From: Epithemia pelagica
Lineage: Eukaryota > Protista > Bacillariophyta
Assembly: GCA_946965045.2 (NCBI GenBank)
Contig: OX337232.1
Location: forward strand, 2,728,001 to 2,792,000
Direction of reading: 5' to 3'
DNA: 64,000 nt
Position numbers and translations under genes: made by a program. The notes beneath the pieces were generated by a model. The model ran no database searches. It saw only the letters and a list, made by a program, of their open reading frames with translations, and was not told the DNA's origin. Of this stretch, positions 1-11,185 are shown in pieces (the stretch's first letter is position 1; each line of letters begins with the position of its first letter).

Positions 1-1
1 C

Positions 2-664
2 TCAGCGGACTATACATGGAAAGAAGCATACAAACGTGCACTACATCGGTCTCCGACCGCTACCCCATTGGAGCTCCTGCGTGCATTACACAAAAGCCTG
101 ATACCTCCAGAAAAACAAAAAGAGGCAGAGATTTTGTTGTCTGATTGCCTTCGGGATGCTCTAGTTGCTGGATCCCAGCAATGCAATGGATACAACACAA
201 CAAGACAGCAGGATGAAAGCCACCAGCAGGTAAGTATTGCTGAAACAGCAACAGTGGCTGAGATGAACATTGTGACCCCAGAACAAAACAACAAGAGGAA
301 GAGAACTGATGGAGAGGACGAGGAGGCAAGGAAGCAACAACGGAATTGGATGAGGGAGAAGAGGAGAGCTGGGCCAGAACAAGAACAAGAATCATTGTCA
401 AATGCCAGACAGGAAGTGGCTGATGCAACAGGTGACAACAAAGAAGTGATACTGAAGTTGAAAGAGGTGGTTGCTCGGTACAGAGGTCGGAACACAGGAT
501 TTGTCCCACGAGATTTTCAATGGCTACGACGCTTAAGGACAAGTTTGGGGAACGTGGAAAAATGCATTGCCAACTGTCATGGTGGAGATGAAGAAGCCTT
601 TCTGAGAGCATTGCCTAAAGTCAACAAATTGTCCTACAGGTGCTTCTGTGCTACAAGAAAATAA
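2..664 (+). CDS. C-terminal part of a hypothetical charged protein (frame open from the window edge; possibly a transposon accessory ORF)
   Basis: The frame of ORF 68..664 has no stop back to position 2 (SADYTWKEAYKRALHRSPT...). No recognisable domain. Confidence 0.4.
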   Translation, partial: SADYTWKEAYKRALHRSPTATPLELLRALHKSLIPPEKQKEAEILLSDCLRDALVAGSQQCNGYNTTRQQDESHQQVSIAETATVAEMNIVTPEQNNKRKRTDGEDEEARKQQRNWMREKRRAGPEQEQESLSNARQEVADATGDNKEVILKLKEVVARYRGRNTGFVPRDFQWLRRLRTSLGNVEKCIANCHGGDEEAFLRALPKVNKLSYRCFCATRK

Positions 665-1350
665 AATGATCCAACAATGCAAAGGCTGGAAGCCTTCGAC
701 TGCCAATAGTCAAAAGGAATGGGCCCCCTTTGAAATGTGGCAGTCAAGGTGGGTGGTGGTGGGCCAGCTTCTTAATATTATACATAGTGAGTGAGTAGTA
801 TCCTTTCATCTTGCCACCATTGTGGTTTTCCTCTTAGAGAGGCAACTCGTCTCAAAACTTGTATTCGTGACTCGTCCATTGGAGTCCTGACCATTGATAG
901 CAGCGAATCAATGGCCGCGAGCATCAGGAGCCATCCAATGTTGTACAAAATGACCTTATAGTAAATCTTCTTTATGCGGTGTCAAGCAAGTGGGGGGGAA
1001 TGAAAATACAAACCACGTGTTTTTCATCGTTTTGGTCGCCTTTACAGTGACAAAATTTTGACACACCCTTCGAGGGCGAAATCAATACTTGTGATCTCTA
1101 GGAATTACGAGGAATTAGGGGGAATGAGGAATCCACAGTGCCACGTGCGACGAGAAATGACTGGAGGAGGAACAGCCAGATGGCGGAAGATTCATGTCTC
1201 AGTGTCAAGAACGCGAACCGTGAATGGAACGTGGCGACACGAATGGCGGGATCCATATAGGGGTACCGCACCCTACCTCTCCCTGGTCGGACCTAGGGAG
1301 TTCGAGCGGGTCAAGAATGGGAAAGCTTGGAGACCAGCATTAAAACCCAT

Positions 1351-4300
1351 TTATTCACGAAATGGAACAAGGCGACGAATGTTAATTCGTTCAGTGACGT
1401 GGGGACCACGTTGGATAGTCACAGTGCCATTGGAATGGACTTGTGTAATCCGAAAGGGATTGGGGCTTGTGCGGAGCTCAAGCTTGTCCGGATTCGTGGC
1501 GCGAAGGAGCACACGATCATTGACAGCGTAGTCATGAAAGACACGAGAACGATTTGCGAGACGAGCGCGTTCATCGACAATCTGTTGTCGTTTCAGACGG
1601 ACTGTTTCCATGTCCGCAATAATAGGTATGTCGAACAGCATGTCGCGATGGAACGCAAGGCTGCCGCCGGGAGAATATTTCAAGGCGCCGTGAATGGCAG
1701 TGCGAGTGAAATACGCAGCGGTCTGCAGAGCAGTATCCACGGCAAGTGCAGCATTGTGCGCATCTTGTGGTGGTTCATAGTTGGTGATCACACGAAGAGT
1801 GTTGCCAACAGTCAAATGTAATCGCTCGCAAAGAGCATTTGATTGAGGATTCTTGGCCGTCAACGGCACTGGCTTAATGCCATGGTTTCGAAGCACTTGC
1901 GTGAACGCATGTCCGATAAATTCACCGCCTTGATCAAAAAGGCAACGAACGGGACGTGGATAGCGTGAGAGCCACGCGTTTTCCAATTGAAGACCCACGT
2001 GACGTGCCGTCTTGTCATGGATGCGAATGAGTTCGCAGAAGTTAGTGACATTATCGATAATAGTCAAGGCTTGAAATGTTAATTTCTGCCCATGAACGGT
2101 AATGTTCCACGGTCCAATGAGGTCGACAGAGATGTCAGCCCATGGATTGCCTCGGACCTTGCGAGGAGGGAGTTCACCGTAATGGCGATGTATGACTTTA
2201 GAGCGTTGGCATGTAGCACAACTAGCCACAGCTTGTTCACAATACAAACCCAAATTAGGATGACTCATGTGCATAAAGATCGTCTCACGAAGACATGTAG
2301 ACCCCAAGTGATTGAGGGACAGGTGATACCAATTGACGGTATGGGCCAAGAGGCTGTCTGGGATACGAATACGCCATACGGCATTAGGATTCTGACGATA
2401 ACAAATCAAGTTGTATTGTGGGTTTTCCGTAGGGAAGGGTTGGAGATGGAATCTCTGTGGTTGTTCGGTCAACTTGGCCACAAGAGCGGCATCGTTCTGT
2501 TGGTGTTGATGGATCGTCGCGTAATCGAAGGGCAATGGTTGATTTGCGTTGATGGGAGGATGATTGAGGTAGACATCGATCAAATCCTCATCCATGAAGA
2601 TGGGAGATTTGAAAGCGTCGGGATCACGCGAGTGATGAGAGCGGGGGTCATCATTAGGGCCATGAGGCACTTGCAACACTGAGTGTTGTCCGCTATGATC
2701 ATAGAGCGATCGTGGATGCGGCGAGGTATCCGTAGAGGAGGTCGACGACGGAGAGACACGCTTCTCCTCCTCTTCAGAGAGAGGGAGACGCGACAAGGCG
2801 TCGGCGATGACATTGTCCTGGCCAGGGACATAGTGAAAGATAGGGTGATACTCCTCGAGGAACAACCGCCAACGGAGGATTCGTTGCGAGTTGAGAGTAG
2901 CGTAGGTAAAATTTTTATGGTCCGTATGGACGTGCAGTTCGGCGCAGCCGAGAAGCATGGAGCGGAACTCCTTAAGGGTTTCGACAATGGAGAGTAACTC
3001 CTTTTCCATAGTAGTGTAGTTGCGTTGAGCAGGGTTTAACTTGCAAGAGTAATAAGCGACGGGAACGTCTTGTTGCATGATTACAGCACCAAGCTGGTAA
3101 TCAGAGGCGTCCACATAGACATGGAAGGGAAGGTTATGGTCGGGATACCGAAGGAAGGCATCATGTGCGAGCATGGACTTGGCTGGTTTGAAAGCACGTT
3201 GACATTGCGGGGACCAAACGAGGGTTTTGTTACCCGTAATGGATGTGAGGGGAGCAAGAATATGAGATCGTTGCGGATACATGTGGCGATAGAAATTGAT
3301 CATGCCAATGAAGGAACGAAGTTCTTTCATGGTTTTTGGCGGAGCCAATGCCAGGATGGCTGAGATCTTCTTTTTCCAGGGTTTTATCCCAGTGGGCGTA
3401 AGCCAATGGCCGAGCCATTCCGTTTCTTTAACGGCCCATTCACATTTGGAAGGGTTGATGGAGAAGTTCTTGTCTTGAAGACGTTGGAGAACTTTAGACA
3501 GGATGTCCACATGTTCTTCCCAAGAATTGGAGAAGATGCCAATGTCGTCGATATAGACTTCGACATGGTCGCTAAAGTCCTTGAGGACTTCTTCCATGAT
3601 CTCTTGACAGAAGTCAGGAGACTGTTTGACACCCATCGGCAAACGACGGTAACGAAATTTGCCAAAAGGCGTGGTAATGACGCAAAGATTGCTTGACTCT
3701 TCATCGAGCTTGAACGTATAGAAACACATAGAAATGTCAAGTTTTGTAAAATACTTGTAGCCTTTCCGTTTGCGAAGCATATCCTCGATATGAGGGAACG
3801 GATAGACCCGACGATAAAGTTGGGCGTTCAGAGAACGAAAGTCCAAAATCATTCGGATTCGACCATCCTTTTTGGGAATGGCGAAGTGAGGAGCAGCCCA
3901 TTCGGTAGAACCGACGCGCTCAAGGATGCCGATGTCGACGAAGCGCCACAGCTCCTTCGTGAAGGTATCATGTATATTGCAGGGCACTGAAAAGTGACGA
4001 TGATGGACAGGCTGGGCATCAGGCTTGAGATGGAGATGGAGCGTTCGGTCCGGATATTCACGGAGCTTGCCATCGAAGATTTTGCCACAGTCTTGCCAAA
4101 TAGCAAGAAGATCTTGCTTTTGGGCATCGGTAAGATGATGCTGTTTGTCAATCAGATCTTGTAGATCCGTAGGAACGTAGTTCGAATCCAAGAGGAACTG
4201 GTCACCAATAATGGGATCGTCGGCAAAGATGTTGATGAAATGAGACATGAATGTCTGGTCTGTGGCGAATGAATTGCGGTGGCGCATAGCGACATCAACT

Positions 4301-4986
4301 GAGTCCCAAGTTGTGAGACCAGTGTTGAAATTGAGCACAATACCCAAGCGACGCAAGAGATCGCGGCCAATAATGATGTCATAACGACAATTGGGGGCAT
4401 CAAAAATGTCGGCCCAAAGGGGGTATGAAATGTGTTTGGTCCGAGAAAACTCGGGGAGAACCAAATCTTCGAGAAGAATCTCGGAGACGTGGTCGCGCGT
4501 ACCCATGGTGGTATTGACAGACCGATTGGTTACACGTGGATGCATGCCGGGCTGAAGACAGCGCGCGTGCAGGATCGTCTTGTCGGCGCCTGAATCGAGC
4601 AGGGCACGCAACGGGACGGTGTTCTCGACTCCACCAATGGACCGAGCCATCAAAATGGTGAGGGGAACAGACGGAGGCTCAGAGGGAGCGACCGAAAGGG
4701 GACTAGATAAACTAGGAGCGTCAGAGACAGAACTAGATGAGTAAACATCTTCATAGTGATCTAGGTTAGATAAAAAACCATTATTGGGATCAACAATGTC
4801 AGCGATGACAGCATCCGTAGGATTGGGACAGTTTTTAGGACAAGGGGAAGCGACAGTATTCGTCGTTGCCTCCAGGGGAGGACAAGTCGTAGATGTGGGC
4901 GATGTCCATGTTACGCCAGTAGATCTTGAACAATTGTTCGCGGACCTCGAGAATTGGGGCCTGAGGATGGCATTCTCGGCCGGCAT
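1351..4986 (-). CDS. pol: Ty3/gypsy Pol polyprotein (protease, reverse transcriptase, RNase H, integrase)
   Basis: Uninterrupted 1211-aa ORF. PR: LLDSGA. RT: LDISMCFY and YIDD. RNase H: VDASD, EKELLSIV, TDHKN, ADALSR. Integrase: H-H-C-C finger, VDLIGP, FDQGGEF, QSNALCERLH. Ends RINIRRLVPF; no chromodomain. Confidence 0.95.
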   Translation of the reverse strand: MPAENAILRPQFSRSANNCSRSTGVTWTSPTSTTCPPLEATTNTVASPCPKNCPNPTDAVIADIVDPNNGFLSNLDHYEDVYSSSSVSDAPSLSSPLSVAPSEPPSVPLTILMARSIGGVENTVPLRALLDSGADKTILHARCLQPGMHPRVTNRSVNTTMGTRDHVSEILLEDLVLPEFSRTKHISYPLWADIFDAPNCRYDIIIGRDLLRRLGIVLNFNTGLTTWDSVDVAMRHRNSFATDQTFMSHFINIFADDPIIGDQFLLDSNYVPTDLQDLIDKQHHLTDAQKQDLLAIWQDCGKIFDGKLREYPDRTLHLHLKPDAQPVHHRHFSVPCNIHDTFTKELWRFVDIGILERVGSTEWAAPHFAIPKKDGRIRMILDFRSLNAQLYRRVYPFPHIEDMLRKRKGYKYFTKLDISMCFYTFKLDEESSNLCVITTPFGKFRYRRLPMGVKQSPDFCQEIMEEVLKDFSDHVEVYIDDIGIFSNSWEEHVDILSKVLQRLQDKNFSINPSKCEWAVKETEWLGHWLTPTGIKPWKKKISAILALAPPKTMKELRSFIGMINFYRHMYPQRSHILAPLTSITGNKTLVWSPQCQRAFKPAKSMLAHDAFLRYPDHNLPFHVYVDASDYQLGAVIMQQDVPVAYYSCKLNPAQRNYTTMEKELLSIVETLKEFRSMLLGCAELHVHTDHKNFTYATLNSQRILRWRLFLEEYHPIFHYVPGQDNVIADALSRLPLSEEEEKRVSPSSTSSTDTSPHPRSLYDHSGQHSVLQVPHGPNDDPRSHHSRDPDAFKSPIFMDEDLIDVYLNHPPINANQPLPFDYATIHQHQQNDAALVAKLTEQPQRFHLQPFPTENPQYNLICYRQNPNAVWRIRIPDSLLAHTVNWYHLSLNHLGSTCLRETIFMHMSHPNLGLYCEQAVASCATCQRSKVIHRHYGELPPRKVRGNPWADISVDLIGPWNITVHGQKLTFQALTIIDNVTNFCELIRIHDKTARHVGLQLENAWLSRYPRPVRCLFDQGGEFIGHAFTQVLRNHGIKPVPLTAKNPQSNALCERLHLTVGNTLRVITNYEPPQDAHNAALAVDTALQTAAYFTRTAIHGALKYSPGGSLAFHRDMLFDIPIIADMETVRLKRQQIVDERARLANRSRVFHDYAVNDRVLLRATNPDKLELRTSPNPFRITQVHSNGTVTIQRGPHVTERINIRRLVPFRE

Positions 4987-5083
4987 AGCCGGTGGAGGGC
5001 CAGTCTGGATGTGACATTGCTGAGCAAAAAGAACATCAAGATGATGAGAGATATCCGGAGAGGATGAAGTAAAAAAGGAAGAA
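1351..5083 (-). mobile_element. Ty3/gypsy LTR retrotransposon, 5'-truncated (no gag or paired LTRs found in the window)
   Basis: Pol domains are in gypsy order PR-RT-RH-IN. Sequence upstream of the ORF runs into the repeat module at 5084 after ~100 bp. Confidence 0.88.
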
Positions 5084-5410
5084 GTGCGGGCCGGCCGGAT
5101 TTGGTTTTGAAAATGTGCCTAAACGCCGTCCTTACGCATTCGCAAAACAAATCCAAAAGACCGCACCTGTCCCCCATCCTGACCCCCATCCTCCCCCACT
5201 CTTCACTTAGAAAAATTGTATACTAAAACAATTGGGTACTAAGGAAGCGACCTTTTATGCAAGAATACCGTTAGAGTCGAACGCCCGCCCATCATGTCGA
5301 ACGCCCGCCCAACATATTCGAAACTGTAGGCTGGCCTCTACACTAGCATAAGTAAAACACTATCCCTAATGAATTTTCCGGATTTGTTCGAACCAATCCG
5401 GGCAAGGATG
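5084..5410. repeat. Transposon-terminal repeat module, inverted homolog of 17602-17929
   Basis: GTGCGGGCCGGCCGGATTTGGTTTT...CACTAGCATAAGTAAAACACTATCCCTAATGAATTT aligns with the reverse complement of 17602-17929. Contains 2x TCGAACGCCCGCCC, C-runs and a near-palindrome CCGGATTTGTTCGAACCAATCCGG. Ends GGATG|TAA. Confidence 0.85.
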
Positions 5411-5555
5411 TAAGTGCTGACAAGTCAGTTTTTTTTACGTCTGACGAATTGACGGAAAGCGTCACAAGTCACGTCAGCCTATTGGGCCGTGACCAATTTG
5501 GTGACCAATTTAAAAAAATTCTTTTTTCTTCCCCGGGCTTCGTTGGTGCAATTCC

Positions 5556-6251
5556 ATGCGACGAGAAACGTACAAAAATGAGAAAAAAACAAGAAGCATG
5601 GAGGTAGACGATGAACCACAACCACCTGTGTCATCCGGGGATGAAGACGAGGAGTACGACCCTGAAGGTGAAGGTGACTCTTCTAATGAATGTGATAACG
5701 AAGAAGAAGAGGATGCAGCAGCAGAAACAACAGCGCATGCAGAACAAGCACCAGATAGAACGAAGAAAAATCAAGGGCAACGCTCATCGTATGCAGCAAA
5801 CCGTGACCTCTACAGGCACTTCAAAGAGATTGGACGACGAAGTGGTAACATGTATGTCATTTGTCTTCACTGCGAGAGAGACTACCAGCAAAAAATGGAC
5901 AAACACAAGACTCATCAAGTTTGGTATGCACCCAAACAACCCAAGCAGCACCGTAAACGTCCTGACAATTGTAAGAAACACCTGAGTAAATGCCAGGCAT
6001 GTGCTCACTTCATGAAGAACAATGGCAATGGAAGCACATTGACACGGGAAGCAACGCCAAGGAATAACATTGCCACAACAACAAACAAGCTAGACCACTC
6101 CCGAGTCCCCCGACTATTATGGGAGCGTTCAAGTACCATTAGGAGATGGAGAGTCAACATCAGATATAGAGATTACTCTTCATTAGATGTAAGCATCTGT
6201 AGCTTAGTAAATGTGTGTTATTGCGGAGTACCTAATGCGTCACCCATTTGA
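5556..6251 (+). pseudogene. BED-type zinc-finger ORF, probably the N-terminus of an internally deleted (hAT-like) transposase
   Basis: Acidic N-terminus, then YRHF...VICLHC...NCKKHLSKC (BED-like). No catalytic domain follows. The flanks 5411-5520 and 6270-6334 carry repeated GTGACC/GTCAC subterminal motifs. Confidence 0.5.
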
Positions 6252-6334
6252 CTAATTGGATTAAAAGAAGTCACCCTTTGGTCAAAATCTGGTCACGTCA
6301 AGTCAGTAAGGGGGTCCGTGACGTGACCTACTTA

Positions 6335-6420
6335 GGCCAATCCTTTAGCTCGCAAAACCAAATCAAAATTTAGTGCACGTCATCATTTTGCGTCACGTTG
6401 ACGTCATATATCCAGGTAAA
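6335..6420. repeat. Left terminal inverted repeat (86 bp), preceded by TTA (6332-6334)
   Basis: GGCCAATCCTTTAGCTCGCAAAACCAAATC... matches the reverse complement of 18015-18100. The first 30 bp are identical; 8 mismatches in 86 bp. Confidence 0.9.
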
Positions 6421-6603
6421 GGGTATGATTCAAGAGGTGTATATTTTCTGTCCTTTGCTCCTCCGCAATTTTTCTCATTTCCTTTTTTTCCTCGAAAGCG
6501 CCAGCCATGCCAAAACGCCAGCCCCACACCATTTCAAATCCAAACGCCAGCCATGCCATTTATTTCCATTTGAAATAGTCTTTGATGGTCAACCACTCAC
6601 TTT

Positions 6604-9582
6604 TTGAATAGTACGACCATGACACAAACAGATTCCAGTCCAACCCATACCAATACCTTGGAGACGTCCTCCAATCCCAGTAATGCGTCCTGGAAAGCCA
6701 CTCTCACCTTTTCTCGTGTGGAAGGAATCTCTGGCTCTATAGAGCTATTCCAATTCACAAACAAACAGGAGTTTAGGCGATGCACACCAGCTTCGATTCC
6801 CAAAGTTGTGTTTGACAGAACACATTATTCAAATACAGAAGAAGGTTTGCAGCTACTGATTAAAGATCTGAAAAAGGCTGCTCTTCGAGAAGCAACCAAT
6901 TTAGTGTCCCGTGGTGCTCGAGGCATGGAATTGCGATGCCACCGATGTCGACTCTATGCCAGTGCCAAGAAACAGTCCCTTGTAAACAATCCAGCACAAA
7001 CACAGCAAACAAATACAAAGAATTTTGACAACCGAGGAATCAAGCTTGGGATCCGTTCACACACTTACCACAGAGACAAAATAAATAACCGGGTTGGTGG
7101 GAGAACGTTATCTCGAAGTACAACAACAGGTCTGCCCACTACAAAAGAGTCTCTATGCTCAGTTTGCCTTAGGTTGGGGATAAAGGAGGGCGAGAATGGG
7201 TATATATATCTCAAACAAGCTTGTGGTGACAATATCCACGTCAATCATCCAAAACCACTCCCAAATGAGCTGTCACACCAAACGCGTCACCTCTGTCCAG
7301 CAGCACTGAAACTGATTCAGAGTGGTGGCAATGCTTCTGTTGGATCAACGTCAATGAGAAGTCTTGTCCTTGAACACCAGAACGAGTTGGTGTCGAAAGG
7401 TTCTGTTCGCCGCATACAAATGGTCCAGGATGATTCAGAGGGTGATGGAGAAAACTCCACAACAGCAGCCAAAATGGTAAAATGGTTGAGGTGCAAAGCT
7501 GCTGATCCAGCTGTCAATTTACACTATTGTTTCCTTACATGCAAGAAGAATAGTGGTACATTCCACAAACATTCTAAGGGTCGTGTTCCCAAAGGGGGTC
7601 GAATTTCACTGTCTCAAGTTGAAGAGGCCATGACTCTTCCTCATATCCAGCTCGAGTATGTCACAAGAAAAGGAAATGAAGAAGAAGTCAACGCACCCAT
7701 GGACGCAACTCCATATCAAGACAGAGACCTTATTACTAGTTCGAATCATTGTCTTGGGAATGACGGCCAGGTTTTACTTGGTGCTGCATGGGTCGACGAT
7801 GCGAGTTATCAACAATTCCTTCGCTACCCCGAAGTGTTGTTTATTGATTCGACGCATAAAACCAACAATGAAGCAAGGCCACTACTGCTTATCTGTGGTA
7901 GAGACCAAAATGGCAAAGCTTTTGTTGTGGCTAGGATCTTCATGCCGAATGAAACTATCGCATTTTACAGATGGGTCTTTCTTAAATGCCTCCCTGCATT
8001 ATAAGGTGAGCAGCATCTCTCCAGGGTTTGTTTACTCATCACTGATGGAGACTCTCAGGAATACGATGCTGCAGAAGAAGCTTGTCTGTTGTATTTCAAA
8101 AATGCCAAGAGAGCCCGGTGTATGTTCCATTTAGTTGAAAAATCGATTCAGAGGACTGTTCCAGTCAATCTATTTGACTCGCCTGTCAAAAAGCTATACC
8201 TAAAAAAGGTGAAGAGATTGGTTTACTCCTGGGCTAATGGAACTTCCTGCTCTTGTGAGAGTCAATATCTCTTTTCAAAGTCACTGCTTCTCCATGAATT
8301 GCAAGTCAATCAGCAGGTCAGATCTGCCCTAGACTCATCAGCAATTGATTTCATATTGACCTGGTTAAATTCGAAACTCTTCCCACATGAAAACACGTAT
8401 GTGTTCTGGAAGAAGACATACATCAGATGTCTTGACGAATACATGAATAATTCAGCAGAAGCCATGAACAAATCTTGCAAGAAATCTGACATTTCTGCTA
8501 AGCCCAACATGTCCATGGACAAAGCAGCCAACGCAATGTTGACATACACACAACTTCAAACCCGTGTCTGTCGAAGTACAGAGGCCAAAAATCTGTTGTC
8601 TACACCTCTTTTTGTGGACCCAACAGTCCACAATATACATGTTTTGGAAAAACTTTCCCAATATGGGCAACATCTTGTTCTCAATCAGTTTGTGGAGCGC
8701 AATAACTACACAGTTATGTGTACTTCTCAAAATACATGGCATGTTTTTCGAGACAATATTGATCTGTCACCACATTCTGTCCTTGATATTCCAAGATTTT
8801 GGAATGTATGGAAGGTGCAAAAAGACAGCAATGGTGTGTTTGTTTGCCAATGTGGCTATAAGCATAGATATGGCATTCCTTGTCGACACTTGTTCTCCAT
8901 TGAACCTTGTTACGATCTTTACGACATTGATGTTCGATGGCACACTGATTTTGGACACTTTGCCTATCATCCTCAAGCTGGACTTGAGAAACAGTTGACT
9001 ACTACTGCAGGTTTGGAGGAGAAAAACTTTGGTATTCGGTGCAAAAAAGCAGATGTCCCCACCTCAAGACAATTCCCCTATGTAGTGAGTGGAAAGGGTG
9101 TTCGAATTCCCCAATTTCTTCAATTCTTGAACAGCCCGCACGTTCTGTGTACAAACTACAAGGTCGAAGAATATCCTTCTCTTGCAGAATCTAATGTTGC
9201 ATTTACACAAGAGTCAACAGCTCATGAAGATACTCTCTTCTCATTGGAGTGTGGGGCCATGCCCAGGGACAACATGGATCCTACCGACATGCTGATTGAT
9301 GAAGATCCACAGCCAGCATTCAGCATCCCGACAGGCACTTCCATAACTCAGGCACAACTCTTTACATTCTTCAAAGACATGCTCCCACTGTTCAATTGTC
9401 CATCATCTAGGCATAGACTCCTAGAATCACTTTCAGCCAACAGGACTGAACGGGAGATACAACTGAAGTCCAAAAAAAGAAATGTTGCGTCAGAAGGAAG
9501 CGATACCACATTGGTTTCAAGTAATGTTCCTTTTGATACGGCTCGAGAGTCTTATCAAAACACTTACCACTTTAAAAGATGA
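6604..9582 (+). pseudogene. Mutator/MULE (FAR1-like) DDE transposase with SWIM zinc finger, interrupted by one in-frame TAA (8002-8004)
   Basis: ORFs 6604..8004 and 8089..9582 are in the same frame. Read-through gives PEVLFIDSTHKTN...FYRWVFLKCLPAL*GEQHLSRVCLLITDGDSQE...RARCMFHL (MULE D, D and CxxH motifs), and later CQCGYKHRYGIPCRHL (SWIM). Confidence 0.9.
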
Positions 9583-9585
9583 TAT

Positions 9586-10929
9586 TTAGTTATCCAATAC
9601 AGCAAAGGCAAAACACTGCACTCCCTGTCCACCTCTACCCATTTTTGGGGCCATGTTTCCATTAGTGAATACACACTTTGTCTCAAGATGCTTTGATTTT
9701 TTCTTGAATACGTCTCTATGGAATCCAACAGGATGCTGGACAAGAGTCCACCAACTCTGGTGGGTGAGGAGGCTGACAGCTTGGCCTTTATCAGATTGAC
9801 ATACTTTCCATGCTTGTCTCATTTCCTTGATTTCTGTTTCGACAGAAGAAGGTGCAATGGAAATGTCTAGCTCTTGAGAAAGTTCTTGAAGGACAAAGGC
9901 TGTAAACACTTTCATTTCTACCATTGCCTTGAACACTTTGAATCGAACACCATCTTCAGTTGACACTTGGAACTGACCACCTCTTCTGGGTGTGCTGTAG
10001 GTGAAACTGACCATTTTGTTGGTCGTTGTCGGCCGGTATATGCAGACCCATTTGAGCTTTTTTCTGAAAAACTTGACTGCCCCAGCTTTCCTTGGGAAAG
10101 ATCCTGAGGTATGGATGAATTTGAAGAAATCCTGGTTTAACTCAGTATGTCCTGATGACCCTCCCCGACGCATGCATTCATACCCAGAGTGGCTGATTTT
10201 GGTAATGATGGTGTTGTATAGTTTGATTTGCTCGGCGTTTGACATCTTTAATGATTCAGAGTATGGTCGATGGAACCGAAATAGAAGCAACGGCATTGTG
10301 GTGGAGCTACTGCTCATTCGCCCTAAAATTATGGACGCTTCTGCAAAGGGCTTGGGTTTGAACATCCGACCTCCGACGATCATTTCTGGTGTAAGATTGT
10401 TTGATCCTTTCCAGATAGTAGAATCAAATGTTGTCTGTTGATTGAAAATATACACATCAACACTGCACCCTCCTTCGTCAATACCAAGGCATTGGATGTT
10501 GTTGAGTCCCAAGACAAAATGGAAATATTTGCAGTCCCCTTCTTCAATTGAAATTGGTTTGGGATGAAGTAGTTTGTCTTTGGCCATCAACACAGTTTCC
10601 AGACATGGAACGCAGTGCCATACTCCATCATAATGCCCCTCTTCCTCAGCAAGACCATGTATGTCGACTGTGTCTGTATGGCAGTTGGGCGAGTCAACAA
10701 ATAGATTGAATTCTGGGAAATACAGACAACCATCAAGGAAAGGGTGGTTGTTGTCAGATTTGTTTACCAATTGAGGAATTTGTTCTGTATAGTGTGTATT
10801 GGTTTGATTGTTCCGATTTTTCCGAAGCTCACAGCAGGATCCAATGAAACTTTCATTAGTGCAGCGACCTGTCTCTTCCCCCAGGATTCGCTGAACATTT
10901 GACAGCCATTCATCATCTGTGACCTTCAT
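9586..10929 (-). CDS. Transposon accessory protein of unknown function, convergent with the transposase
   Basis: 447-aa ORF whose stop is 3 bp from the transposase stop. The frame stays open upstream to 11064 and adds IQCERCGSYSCKRCCQE, so the true start is probably in an upstream exon. Confidence 0.75.
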   Translation of the reverse strand: MKVTDDEWLSNVQRILGEETGRCTNESFIGSCCELRKNRNNQTNTHYTEQIPQLVNKSDNNHPFLDGCLYFPEFNLFVDSPNCHTDTVDIHGLAEEEGHYDGVWHCVPCLETVLMAKDKLLHPKPISIEEGDCKYFHFVLGLNNIQCLGIDEGGCSVDVYIFNQQTTFDSTIWKGSNNLTPEMIVGGRMFKPKPFAEASIILGRMSSSSTTMPLLLFRFHRPYSESLKMSNAEQIKLYNTIITKISHSGYECMRRGGSSGHTELNQDFFKFIHTSGSFPRKAGAVKFFRKKLKWVCIYRPTTTNKMVSFTYSTPRRGGQFQVSTEDGVRFKVFKAMVEMKVFTAFVLQELSQELDISIAPSSVETEIKEMRQAWKVCQSDKGQAVSLLTHQSWWTLVQHPVGFHRDVFKKKSKHLETKCVFTNGNMAPKMGRGGQGVQCFAFAVLDN

Positions 10930-11185
10930 CTTTTCACAAAGATCAACAATCTCTTGACAACATCTTTTGCAAGAATAAGAACCACACCTCTCACATTGAA
11001 TGAAGTCGGCGTTGCTTTCAATGTTGTATAACTTTCCACGGAGGGGGGTGAACAGAAAATACAGTTATGATAAGCCATGATCAAGCTAGATCACAACAAG
11101 GAGTGCCCTTGTCCTCTACACCAAAGCTAGAATAGAACCTGCTTTGGCGCTGACAAATGGACAAACCAAGCTTGCAATCTTTCCT

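Noticed and set aside
700-1350. 3' LTR of the gypsy element
   Set aside because: A TGTCA start near 1063 (minus strand) is possible, but no second copy exists in the window to confirm it.
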